From: Planctomycetota bacterium
GTDB lineage: Bacteria > Planctomycetota > B15-G4 > SIAN01
NCBI GenBank assembly: GCA_031409275.1
Contig: JANNXA010000045.1
Coordinates: forward strand, 1-64,000
Reading direction: 5' to 3'
Length of the DNA stretch: 64,000 nucleotides
Shown here piece by piece: positions 41,649-50,518 of the stretch (the stretch's first letter is position 1; every line of letters starts with the position of its first letter). The position numbers and the translations under genes were made by a program. A model generated the notes under the pieces. That model made no database searches and was not told the DNA's origin. It saw only the letters and a program-made list of their open reading frames with translations.

Positions 41649-42035
41649 ATGCACCCCCCTCGACCCAAGCGAGCCACTCGATCGCGCCGCAGCGGCTTTG
41701 CGCTCGTCGAGTTGATGGTGACTTCGATCGTGCTGATGACCGGATGCGTCGCCCTGGTGCTCTCCACCAGCACCACCGGCCTCGCGACCTTCAAGGCCGA
41801 GCAGGCCAGCGTCACCAAGAACACGCTCGACTGGCTGCTCGAAAGTCTCGCCGACGTGGAGTTCGACGACCTGCTGTCGTGGAACGGGGTCAGCTTCGAC
41901 CGCGGCGACCACACCGCCCGTGTCAACGCAACCACGGTGTCGCTCGGACTGATCAGCCTCGAGATGACGGTCACCGACGACCGCACCGGCAGCGTCCTGG
42001 GGCGCATCGCGACGCTGCGCTCGGGAGGCTACTGA
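41649..42035 (+). CDS. Type IV minor pilin/pseudopilin (PilV-like)
   Basis: Basic leader followed by G|FALVELMV prepilin cleavage motif. Confidence 0.8.
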   Translation: MHPPRPKRATRSRRSGFALVELMVTSIVLMTGCVALVLSTSTTGLATFKAEQASVTKNTLDWLLESLADVEFDDLLSWNGVSFDRGDHTARVNATTVSLGLISLEMTVTDDRTGSVLGRIATLRSGGY

Positions 42036-42036
42036 G

Positions 42037-42624
42037 ATGGCGACCCCACGACGCAAGACGCGCGGCACCACGCTGCTCGAGACCTCGATCACGGCGACGC
42101 TCCTCGTCGGGGTGGTCGGCACCGCGCTCTCCCTGACGCGCGAATCGCAGGGCGTCATGCTCGATTGCATGCGCGCACTCGCCGAGCGGACCGAGTCGAG
42201 CAACGCGTTCGACGAGCTCGCCGAGTCGATCGCGCAGGCGAATGGCGCGACCCTCCAGATCGACACCCGTCCGGTGGACGGCGACCTCCTGCTGCTCCAG
42301 GTGCCGGTCAACCTCGTCGGCAGCGCCGCGACGTGGGGCGCGACCTCTCTCGACCGCGTCACGTCCACGCAATGGGCCGGCGCCTTCGACGAGTACCGGC
42401 TGATCGCGTCGCAGAACCACCGCACGAAGTTCCGCCTCACCCGCCGACCGGTCGACGCGAACGGCCAGCCACTGGCCGCGGCGGTCGACATCGCCGACGG
42501 GATCGATGGCGTCGACTCGGCGGGCCACAAGGGATTCACCGTCTTCCGTGACGCGAGCCTCGTTCGCGTCACCCTGCGCGTCGGACATGCCGTCGACGTC
42601 ACCGTCCGTCTGCGCAATCCGTGA
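42037..42624 (+). CDS. Type IV minor pilin/pseudopilin (PilW-like)
   Basis: RRKTRG|TTLLETSI prepilin motif with E5. Confidence 0.78.
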   Translation: MATPRRKTRGTTLLETSITATLLVGVVGTALSLTRESQGVMLDCMRALAERTESSNAFDELAESIAQANGATLQIDTRPVDGDLLLLQVPVNLVGSAATWGATSLDRVTSTQWAGAFDEYRLIASQNHRTKFRLTRRPVDANGQPLAAAVDIADGIDGVDSAGHKGFTVFRDASLVRVTLRVGHAVDVTVRLRNP

Positions 42625-44546
42625 GAACTCCCATGAACCGCATGCCCATCGCTTCGAACGTCCAAGGAATGCGCACGCGAAGCCGCGAAGCGGGCTCCAC
42701 GCTCGTCGTCGCGCTCGCATCGACCATGCTCGCCGCGGGCATCGCCTACGCCGGCCTGTCGATCGCCACGACCGGCCAGGCCGACTCGGCGCGCCAGGAA
42801 CTCAAGCTGCGCGCGAAGGCGCTGGCCGATGCCGGGGTGCATCGCGCCGTGACCTTCCTGAACCAGACCACGCACCTGAGCCCGTTCGATCCATTCGCCG
42901 CGGTCGACGCGCTCCTGTTCGACGGTGGCGGAGCGCCGATCGACTACGCGCTGGCGGAGGACGAGCCGCTCACCGTCGGCGGTCGCACCTACGGCAGCTA
43001 CTCGGTCCACGCGTCGGCGATCCAGAACGGGCTCGTGCGCGACGTCACCGTGACCGCGACCGGCTACGTCCCGAACCGCCAGGCGGCCCAGTTCCGCAAG
43101 ACCGTGCAGGCGGTCGTGCGACTCGAACAGCGCCCCGCCGAAGTCTTCGACTACAGCTACTTCATCAACAACTGGGGCTGGTTCTACGGCAGCACGATCA
43201 ACGGCTACGGCAACGTGCGCTCGAACGGACAGTTCGACGCCGCCAACTACTCGCCAGGCGTCTTCGGTGCGCCGCGCTACGAGCAGATGGACCTGACCAA
43301 CCCGTCGCTGCCCGACCTCGTCGGCTACCAGGACGACAACCACGACGGCATCGTCGACGGCACCGACGGCGGGATCTTCGCCGGCTGGGACATCAAGGAC
43401 TCGACCCACGTGCGCGGCCTCGGCGGCGACACGGCGAACCAGCACGACTACGTCGCGCAGGTGCCGATGCCCAACTTGAGCGACCTCGCCGTCTACGAGT
43501 CGATGGCGCTGTCCGCGGGCGCAAGCCTGTCGATCAGCGGCGGCGCCGGCTTCCCTGCGACCCCGGTCACCGACGCGGTGCTCGGGGACGGCGTCGGCGA
43601 GAAGCAGAACCTGGTGCTGATCGGCACCGTCGACAAGCCGATCCTGCTGAACGGTCCGGTCGTCGTCCGCGGCGACGTCATCCTGTCGGGCGTGGTGAGC
43701 GGCCAAGGGTCGATCTACGCCGGCGGCAACGTCTACGTCGCGAAGAACATCACCTACCTCGATCCGCCGACGACCTCGAAGCCGGCGACCAACAGCGAAG
43801 CGGACACCGAAGCGTGGATCGCGGCGAATCACTCGAAGGACTTCCTCGGCCTCTTCGCCCGCGAGCATGTCGTCATGGGCGACTACACGAACTGGATCTG
43901 GCGCTACTACGTCAACTGGTGGATGAACGACTCGATGAACGCCAGCGTCGAAGACGCGGGTCTCGACCAGATCCCGGGCACGCGGGCCGGTCGCGACGGG
44001 ATCATGAACACCGCCGACGATGACATCCTCGAAGGCGATGGCGTCTTCACCGTCGACCGCTACACGCAGGCGCACGCGAACCTCGGCCAGATCCCCGCGG
44101 GCAAGAGCGTCGGCGACGTGATCCCCGGCTCGGGCGAGGACATCGATGGCGACGGCAGCTTCGACGCGACCGCAACGCTCTCCGAGTTCGACCTGCCCGC
44201 CGCGCTGAACAGCGGCCAATGGGCCGGCAACGTGCCGCCTGGCACCGCGAACTTCAGCGAGATCTCGACGCTCGAACTCACCGACGTGAACGCCGCGATC
44301 TACACGAACCACGCCGCCGCGATGGTGACGCTGGCCTGGGGACGCGACTTCAACCTGCTCGGCGCAATCGTCTCGCGCAACGAGTCGATGATCTACGGCA
44401 CCAACAGCATGAACCTCACCCACGATCGCCGGCTCACCGCGGGCGGCGCGTACGGCAGTCTGCTGCCGCGCGAAGTCGTCGCGGCGCGAATCCTCACCTG
44501 GCGCACGCTCGAGCAGGACGTGCACTTCCTCGGAGCCACACCGTGA
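42621..44546 (+). CDS. PilX/GspK-like pilin with large Asp-rich C-terminal domain
   Basis: REAG|STLVVAL lacking E5, A.ALADAGV PilX motif, V.ATG, multiple DxDGDG-like loops; GTGA coupling to the upstream gene. Confidence 0.75.
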   Translation: MRTPMNRMPIASNVQGMRTRSREAGSTLVVALASTMLAAGIAYAGLSIATTGQADSARQELKLRAKALADAGVHRAVTFLNQTTHLSPFDPFAAVDALLFDGGGAPIDYALAEDEPLTVGGRTYGSYSVHASAIQNGLVRDVTVTATGYVPNRQAAQFRKTVQAVVRLEQRPAEVFDYSYFINNWGWFYGSTINGYGNVRSNGQFDAANYSPGVFGAPRYEQMDLTNPSLPDLVGYQDDNHDGIVDGTDGGIFAGWDIKDSTHVRGLGGDTANQHDYVAQVPMPNLSDLAVYESMALSAGASLSISGGAGFPATPVTDAVLGDGVGEKQNLVLIGTVDKPILLNGPVVVRGDVILSGVVSGQGSIYAGGNVYVAKNITYLDPPTTSKPATNSEADTEAWIAANHSKDFLGLFAREHVVMGDYTNWIWRYYVNWWMNDSMNASVEDAGLDQIPGTRAGRDGIMNTADDDILEGDGVFTVDRYTQAHANLGQIPAGKSVGDVIPGSGEDIDGDGSFDATATLSEFDLPAALNSGQWAGNVPPGTANFSEISTLELTDVNAAIYTNHAAAMVTLAWGRDFNLLGAIVSRNESMIYGTNSMNLTHDRRLTAGGAYGSLLPREVVAARILTWRTLEQDVHFLGATP

Positions 44547-45061
44547 ACGGGACTGCAACACCGTGGCCACGCGCCGCGCTCGGCGCGTTGCTGGCGCTCG
44601 GCATCGCGCTCCCCGGTGAGGCAGGCGCGCAGAGCTCGGCGCCGTCGACCTCGGGTCGGCCAGCCGAAGCGACGCTGCGACTGCGCGGCAGGAAGCTCGA
44701 CACGCGCGCGAGCCTCTACCCCGGCTCGGCCGATCTCGCCGCGAGCGGCTGGGACCACCGCGATCGCGAGCTGCGTCAGCTCGGCCTCGAGACGGTCGAG
44801 GCGAGCATGCCTGAGATCTTCGACCCGGAAGTGCTGCGAGCCCGGGCGCTCGCACTGCATGGCGGCGCCGAAGTGGAGAGCGCCACCGTGGCGCGCACGC
44901 CGCTCGAGCCGCGCTCGTTCGCGACCGCTTCGGAGCTCGACGCCCCGGCGCCCGCACGATTCGGAGTGGTCACCGGCGGGCTCGTCGCTTTCGCCGGCGC
45001 GCTGCTGCTGCTGGCGGCGCGCCGCAAGCGACGGCTCGCGCGATCGAGCGAGCAACCGTAG
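44543..45061 (+). CDS. Small exported protein with C-terminal TM anchor and basic tail
   Basis: GTG overlaps the upstream TGA; signal peptide ending AGAQ; C-terminus GGLVAFAGALLLLAARRKRR. Confidence 0.65.
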   Translation: MNGTATPWPRAALGALLALGIALPGEAGAQSSAPSTSGRPAEATLRLRGRKLDTRASLYPGSADLAASGWDHRDRELRQLGLETVEASMPEIFDPEVLRARALALHGGAEVESATVARTPLEPRSFATASELDAPAPARFGVVTGGLVAFAGALLLLAARRKRRLARSSEQP

Positions 45062-45069
45062 GAGCCGGC

Positions 45070-45705
45070 TCAGCCGCGGCGCTTCTTCAGCGGCTTTCCG
45101 TCGGCGCTGGTCGGCGGCGCGTCCTTCGCCGTGCCGCCATGCTTCTTGCCTTCGAGCGGCGGGATGCGGCCGTCGGCGAGCGCCTGCGCGAGGTACTCGA
45201 CTTCGCCCTGAATCGTGGTGTCGGCGGTCTTCGGACTCTCCTTGGGATTCAGGCAGAAGAGGTCCCACGCCTCACCCCGCTCGCCATGCTGGCGCACGTT
45301 CCAATCGCCCGACTTCTTGTCGCGCGACAGAGGGAAGAGGACGCAGCGCCACGGCTTGTACTGGAAGCGGTCGCCTTCCTCGGCCCCGACCTTGTGGAGC
45401 ACGCAACCGTCGTTGAAGAAGATGCACCAGCCTTTGCTGACCTTCAGCGTCGGCAGCCCCTCCTTCTCCTGATCGGAGAGCCAGCCGCTCTTCTCCGCCA
45501 GCGCGCGCGCCTCTGGTCGCAGGTGCGGCATGAACTTCGGCAGGTGCTTCGCGATCCGCTGCTGCTCGTGCGGCTCGACCGCCGGTCGGCCGTTCATGCA
45601 GCAGATCCCGCCACACGTCGGATAGACGCAGTCGAAGTGGGCGGTCTTCAGGTTCGCGATCGGCGGCGCCACGGCGAGGGGCACGGCGACTTTCTTCTTG
45701 CTCAC
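45070..45705 (-). CDS. Cys-cluster protein (DUF3109/YkgJ-like, putative Zn or Fe-S binding)
   Basis: FDC...CGGICC, CIFF..GCVLH, KPWRC.LFP; GTGA overlap with the GNAT gene. Confidence 0.75.
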   Translation of the reverse strand: MSKKKVAVPLAVAPPIANLKTAHFDCVYPTCGGICCMNGRPAVEPHEQQRIAKHLPKFMPHLRPEARALAEKSGWLSDQEKEGLPTLKVSKGWCIFFNDGCVLHKVGAEEGDRFQYKPWRCVLFPLSRDKKSGDWNVRQHGERGEAWDLFCLNPKESPKTADTTIQGEVEYLAQALADGRIPPLEGKKHGGTAKDAPPTSADGKPLKKRRG

Positions 45706-46253
45706 GAGCGCTCCTTGCGCGAAATCTCGGGTCCGCGCGCGGGCGACAACGGCCGTCCATCGACGCGGCGGGCGTAGACGACCTTGTCGTCGCCGAGGCG
45801 GTAGTAGTCGGGGATGCGAGCGATCTCGACGTAGTTCGCCCGTTCATAGAAGCGGCGCGTCGGCAGATAGGACTCCTTGCCGCCCGTTTCGATGAGGATC
45901 ATGCGACCGCCGGCAACCCGCACGGCATCTTCGGCCGCGCGCAACAGCTGTTGACCGATGCCAACCCCGTGCAGCGTCGGATCGACGGCGATCCAGTAGA
46001 GATCGAAGATGCCGTCGGTGAGCGGCGTGAGGCCCCAGCACACGTAGCCGACCGCACGCGCCGCATCGCGTTCGCCAAGTTCGGCGACGCGGAAGCAATA
46101 GTCGTCGGGAAGCGCGGCGGCACCCGATCGCGCCTTGGCGATCCCCTCGTCGATCAGCTCCATCGCGACCGCCAGCTCGTTGTCGGGGAACGAACCGGTG
46201 GCGCGCAGGATCGCTTCGAGCGGCGCGCGATCGCTGGAATGCAGCTCACGCAA
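45702..46253 (-). CDS. GNAT N-acetyltransferase
   Basis: GYVCWG, DLYWIAVDP..HG.GIG..LL, TRRFYER..Y, YY..GDD. Start is TTG 46253 or ATG 46301. Confidence 0.88.
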   Translation of the reverse strand: MRELHSSDRAPLEAILRATGSFPDNELAVAMELIDEGIAKARSGAAALPDDYCFRVAELGERDAARAVGYVCWGLTPLTDGIFDLYWIAVDPTLHGVGIGQQLLRAAEDAVRVAGGRMILIETGGKESYLPTRRFYERANYVEIARIPDYYRLGDDKVVYARRVDGRPLSPARGPEISRKERS

Positions 46254-47271
46254 CCGGACCGGGCCGGGCAAGCGCGAGGAGGCGGGCGACGAGCTGCTCA
46301 TAGGTAGCCCCGGTGCGACCCCACGCGCGGGCGAAGCCGGCGTCGGGCGATAGGTCGGGATTGGGATTCGCTTCGAGGACGATCGGCGCGTCGGAGCCGT
46401 CGAGCCGCAAATCGATGCGGCCGTAACCCGTGAGCGACAGCGCATGCCACGCCGCGAGCGCGGCGCCCTGCACCCGCGCCGCGACCGCGGGCGCAAGCAC
46501 GGCGTCGACGACGTTCGTGCCGTTCCAGTCGGGGCTGCCCTCGACCCACTTCGACTCGAAGGTGACCAGGCGCGGCCGTCCGGATGGGAACTTGGCGAAG
46601 TCGATCTCGGCCACCGGCAGCACTTGCGGCGCGTCGGCCGTCCCGACCAGCGCGACGTTCAGCTCGCGACCGGCGACGAAGCGCTCGACGAGGGCGGGCT
46701 GCCGATAGGTCTCGACGACGTAGCGCGCACGCGCGCGCGCCGCTGCGACGTCGTCGACCACGCTCGCCGCGGTGATGCCGTGGCTCGCATCTTCGCGCGC
46801 CGGCTTCACGATCCACGGGAACGGCGCACGCGCCGCCAGCGCCGCCAGCAACGCATCGTCGCGAGGATCGCCGCGCTCGAACACGACCCCGTCGGCGACC
46901 GGAACGCCGCCCGCCGCGAGCAACGCCTTCGCCAGTGGCTTGCGCAAACTGAGCGCGCACGCAAGCGAGCGATTCCCGGTGAACGGCAACCCGGTCAGTT
47001 CGAGCAGCGCGGCGACCGCCGGTTCGAGCGCCGCGTCGCCGCGGTAGGACTCGACGAGATTGAAGACGACGTCGGGATGCGCGCGCTGCAGCGCGGCCAG
47101 CAAATCGGCCGGCTGATCGGGCGCCGGTTGCAGCCGCGCTTCGTGGCCCAGCGTGGCGAGCGCCGCCGCGACGGCTCGCGCACAGCTCTGCACGGAGACG
47201 ACCGCGAGCGCATCCTGAGCGGATCCGTGGGCGAGCGCCTCCTCGGCGTTGTGCAGCACGACGACACGCAT
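46246..47271 (-). CDS. D-Ala-D-Ala ligase-like ATP-grasp protein B
   Basis: VFNLVE, IVKPAREDASHGI, ERFVAGRE, YGRIDLR, LEANPNPD. Confidence 0.88.
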   Translation of the reverse strand: MRVVVLHNAEEALAHGSAQDALAVVSVQSCARAVAAALATLGHEARLQPAPDQPADLLAALQRAHPDVVFNLVESYRGDAALEPAVAALLELTGLPFTGNRSLACALSLRKPLAKALLAAGGVPVADGVVFERGDPRDDALLAALAARAPFPWIVKPAREDASHGITAASVVDDVAAARARARYVVETYRQPALVERFVAGRELNVALVGTADAPQVLPVAEIDFAKFPSGRPRLVTFESKWVEGSPDWNGTNVVDAVLAPAVAARVQGAALAAWHALSLTGYGRIDLRLDGSDAPIVLEANPNPDLSPDAGFARAWGRTGATYEQLVARLLALARPGPVA

Positions 47272-47279
47272 CGCGGCGA

Positions 47280-48272
47280 TCAGCTCCGCGGCAGGCGGGA
47301 GAGCGCCTGGTCGAGGATGCGACCGATCAACCCGTCATGGTCGAGGCCGACGCGCTCCGACATCACGCAGAGGTCGCTCCAACCCGGGTTGACGCCCGGC
47401 AGCGGATTGAGCTCGATGAAACGAGGCACGCCATCGGCTCCGAGCCGCACATCGACGCGACCGACGTCGCGACACTGCAGCGCGCGATAGGCGGCCAGCG
47501 CGGTGCGTTCGACCGCGGCCGTCAGCTCCGGCGCGCGGCGCGGCGGGACGTGGTATTCGACCTGCTCGTCCCAGACGCGCTTCACCTCGACCGAGTAGAC
47601 GAAGTCCGCGGTGACGCCGCCCTTCGGGCAGATCTCCATCGTCGCGAGCACGTGCGCGCGCTCGCCCTGACCGAGGATGCCGACGGTGAACTCCGGCCCG
47701 GTGAGGAACTCCTCGATGAGCGCGGGCTGCTCGTAGCCGGTCAACAGGCGCTCGACTTCACGGCGCAGCGCAGCGTCGTCGTTGCTCTTGCTGGTCTTGC
47801 GCACGCCCATGCTCGAGCCTTCGAACAGCGGCTTGGCGATGCATGGAAACGGCAGTTCGAGAGTCGCGAGCTGCTCGACCGTCGAGACCACCACTCCGCG
47901 CGCGACGGCGACGCCGGCGGCAGCGGCGATGGTCTTGGCCAGCGCCTTGTCGAGGCTGAGCGCGAGCGTCAACGGATCGCTGTGGGTGCAGGGAACGCCG
48001 ACCATCTCGCAGGCGGCCGGCACGTGCGCCTCGCGCGAACGGGTGCCGTGGCCTTCGGCGACGTTGAAGACGAGCTCGGGCGGCCGCTCCAGCAGCGCGG
48101 CGAGGAAGCGCTTGCCGCCGCCCATGCGCCGCGGACGGTGGCCGCGCCGACTCAACGCCGCCTCGATGGCGGCGATCGTGCGATCCGAGTCGTACTCCTC
48201 GAGCCGATCGTCCGGTGCGCCAGCGGCCGCCGTGAAGTCGCTCTTCAGGTCGAATGCGATGCCGATGTCCAC
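47280..48272 (-). CDS. D-Ala-D-Ala ligase-like ATP-grasp protein A
   Basis: EEYDS, VFNVAEG...REA.VP, KPLFEGSSMGV, EEFL.G.EFTVG, GRVDVR, IELNPLPG; GTG start with GAAAGG RBS. Confidence 0.9.
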   Translation of the reverse strand: MDIGIAFDLKSDFTAAAGAPDDRLEEYDSDRTIAAIEAALSRRGHRPRRMGGGKRFLAALLERPPELVFNVAEGHGTRSREAHVPAACEMVGVPCTHSDPLTLALSLDKALAKTIAAAAGVAVARGVVVSTVEQLATLELPFPCIAKPLFEGSSMGVRKTSKSNDDAALRREVERLLTGYEQPALIEEFLTGPEFTVGILGQGERAHVLATMEICPKGGVTADFVYSVEVKRVWDEQVEYHVPPRRAPELTAAVERTALAAYRALQCRDVGRVDVRLGADGVPRFIELNPLPGVNPGWSDLCVMSERVGLDHDGLIGRILDQALSRLPRS

Positions 48273-48301
48273 GACCGCCCTTTCGTCCGCTCGCGCTTCG
48301 T

Positions 48302-49774
48302 TCAGGTCGAGTCGCGACGACTGCGGCCGCGGTGCGCCCACTTGCTCTTGCCGACCACGGTCTCGGTGGCCGGTGGCGCCGGCGCGGCTCCGTCCGCAGC
48401 GCTCGACGCCGACGCTGCGACGACCGGCGCTTTGCTCCGACCGCCGCTCTTCTCGCGACCATGGCTGCCATTGCGGCCGTTGCTCGAATGGCCGTTCTGC
48501 TCGGCCGCGTCGGCCGCCGACACCGCGAGTGCCGGCCGCGCGTGGCTGCTGCTCAGCGCGATCGGACCAGCGGCCGGCGTCGCGTTGGCCGAGGCCACGA
48601 GACGGCGGTGCAGGATCTCCTCCTCCGGCAGCTGCTCGAAGTACTCGAAGATGCGCCCCTGGAAGTTGCGCAGGATCGCGCGCTGCTTCTTCGGGTCGTA
48701 GTGGAGCAGGTAGTTGGGATTGACCGGCACCTTGCCGCCGCCGCCGGGCGCGTCGATGACGTACTGCGGCACGGCGAGTCCGGAGGTGTGGCCGCGCAGC
48801 CCCTCCATGATCTCGAGTCCCTTGGCGATGGTCGTGCGCATGTGTTCGCTGCCGCGCACCGGATCGCAGTGGTACACGTAGTAGGGGCGCACGCGCATCT
48901 TCATCAGGCCGTGCATCAACCCCTTCATGGTCTCGACGCTGTCGTTGACGCCCTTCAGCAGCACCGCCTGGTTGTTCAGCGGGATGCCGGCACGCGAGAG
49001 CATGTCGCACGCGCGCGCCGCTTCGGGCGTGCACTCGCGCGGGTGGTTGAAGTGCACGTTCACCCAGAGCGGGTGGTACTTCTGCAGCATGTCGCACAAC
49101 TCGGCATCGACTCGCTGCGGCAGCGAGACGGGCACGCGGGTGCCGATGCGGATGATCTCGAGATGCGGGATGGCCCGCAGCTTGGAGAGGATCGATTCGA
49201 GCTTGCCGGTCGAGCAGGTGAGCGGGTCGCCACCCGACACGACCACGTCGCGCACGGTCTTGGTCTTCGCGATGTAGTCGACCATGCGGTCGATCTCCAT
49301 CTCCGGCACGGCGTCCTCGTACATGATCCGCTTGCGCGTGCAGTAGCGGCAGTAGACCGCGCACGAGTTGCTGATCACCATCAGCACGCGATCGGGATAG
49401 CGATGCGTGATGCCGGGGACGGGCGAGTAGGCCTCTTCGCCGAGCGGATCCTCGTCGCCGACGTCGCGGTAGGTGTACTCCTCCGCGATCGGCACCGCCT
49501 GCCGCAGGATCGGATCGTCCGGATCGTCGGCATCGATCAGCGCCAGGTAGTACGGCGGGATGCCCATGCGGAAGTCGCGCAGCACCTCGCGGCGCACCTC
49601 GCGCTCGCCTTCGGGGATCGGCAGCAGCTTGATCAGCTGTTCGAGGTCCGTGACGCGATTGCGGAACTGCCACTTCCAGTCGTTCCACTCCGCGTCGGAG
49701 ACGTTCGGGTAGTAGTGGGCGCGACCCGTGCGTCGCGCAGCCACTGCGGCAGCGAGCCCGCTGCTCTGGATCAC
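48302..49774 (-). CDS. kamA: KamA-family radical SAM/PLP enzyme, lysine 2,3-aminomutase-like, with low-complexity C-terminal tail
   Basis: W.DWKWQ, THRYPDRV, CAVYCRYCTR, SGGDPL, HFNHPRE, RPYY..HCD, DAPGGGGK. Confidence 0.9.
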   Translation of the reverse strand: MIQSSGLAAAVAARRTGRAHYYPNVSDAEWNDWKWQFRNRVTDLEQLIKLLPIPEGEREVRREVLRDFRMGIPPYYLALIDADDPDDPILRQAVPIAEEYTYRDVGDEDPLGEEAYSPVPGITHRYPDRVLMVISNSCAVYCRYCTRKRIMYEDAVPEMEIDRMVDYIAKTKTVRDVVVSGGDPLTCSTGKLESILSKLRAIPHLEIIRIGTRVPVSLPQRVDAELCDMLQKYHPLWVNVHFNHPRECTPEAARACDMLSRAGIPLNNQAVLLKGVNDSVETMKGLMHGLMKMRVRPYYVYHCDPVRGSEHMRTTIAKGLEIMEGLRGHTSGLAVPQYVIDAPGGGGKVPVNPNYLLHYDPKKQRAILRNFQGRIFEYFEQLPEEEILHRRLVASANATPAAGPIALSSSHARPALAVSAADAAEQNGHSSNGRNGSHGREKSGGRSKAPVVAASASSAADGAAPAPPATETVVGKSKWAHRGRSRRDST

Positions 49775-50336
49775 CTGGAATCTCCCTGGAATCGCGCGGA
49801 GCGGACGATGCGATGAAGCATCGACTCGCGTGTCAGAGGTGAGCGCGCGACGCCGGCCATGTTGGAACGGCGGATGCAGCGTGACGCGTCGAGACGACGC
49901 GTCGCCATCCGCGACTGCTTCGCGAACGTTGGAATCGGAAGGGGGCGAACCGAGCGCGAGCCGGAACGGATGCGAAGGGGAGCGACGGTCGCGACGAGCG
50001 CGCCGAGCCGACCGCAGCCGGCGACGGCGCGCGTCGTACCTGGAGGTTCGCTCTCGACCGATGCTTCGTCCGCATCGACCCCGAGCGCTCGGATGCGACC
50101 GGCGCTCCGCGAGCCTCGTCCACTCTCCCCGACCACGAGGAGCATCACGTTCGTCCGCGAGGTCTTCCGCAGCGGCCAGCAGCCGCCAAAGCGTTCCCCT
50201 CGATCAACGGCGGGACGTCGCAGTTGCGATTGGCCGACCCGACCCATCGCAAGCTTGTCGAACGAGTCCCGTCCCTCGCCTCGACGGCGACTCGTCGAAC
50301 GAGCGCGCTGGGTCAAGCTCAGGAAGAACGGGCGGA

Positions 50337-50366
50337 ACCATACGGACGTCAGGAGGGGGCTGACAA
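50337..50366 (-). promoter_or_regulatory. Sigma70-type promoter candidate for the kamA operon
   Basis: Minus strand TTGTCA-N18-TATGGT. Confidence 0.45.
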
Positions 50367-50518
50367 GCGGCAAGCCGGCTCCAAGTACAAGGTGTTGAGA
50401 ACCTCGCCGCCACGTTTCGCCGAAAGGGCCGCTTGGATGCGCGCTTGAACGGTGCACCGCCGACGTTGAAGCTCACCTGCGAGCCGGACCACGCTCCATC
50501 CACGGATCGCCCCACTTC

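Noticed and set aside
46246..48272. Vancomycin-resistance or canonical ddl locus (also given vanZ at 60777)
   Set aside because: No vanH/vanX/vanRS or mur genes, Ddl N-terminal motif absent, and VanZ-family genes are widespread and unlinked here.
48302..49774. EF-P modification enzyme EpmB
   Set aside because: No efp/epmA adjacent, and the WxDWxWQ N-terminus and PGGGGK motif resemble KamA/AblA-type enzymes.
49771..50457. ORFs of 180-230 aa in the kamA upstream gap
   Set aside because: Arg/Ser/Pro-rich translations in several overlapping frames, with no motifs or clear RBS.
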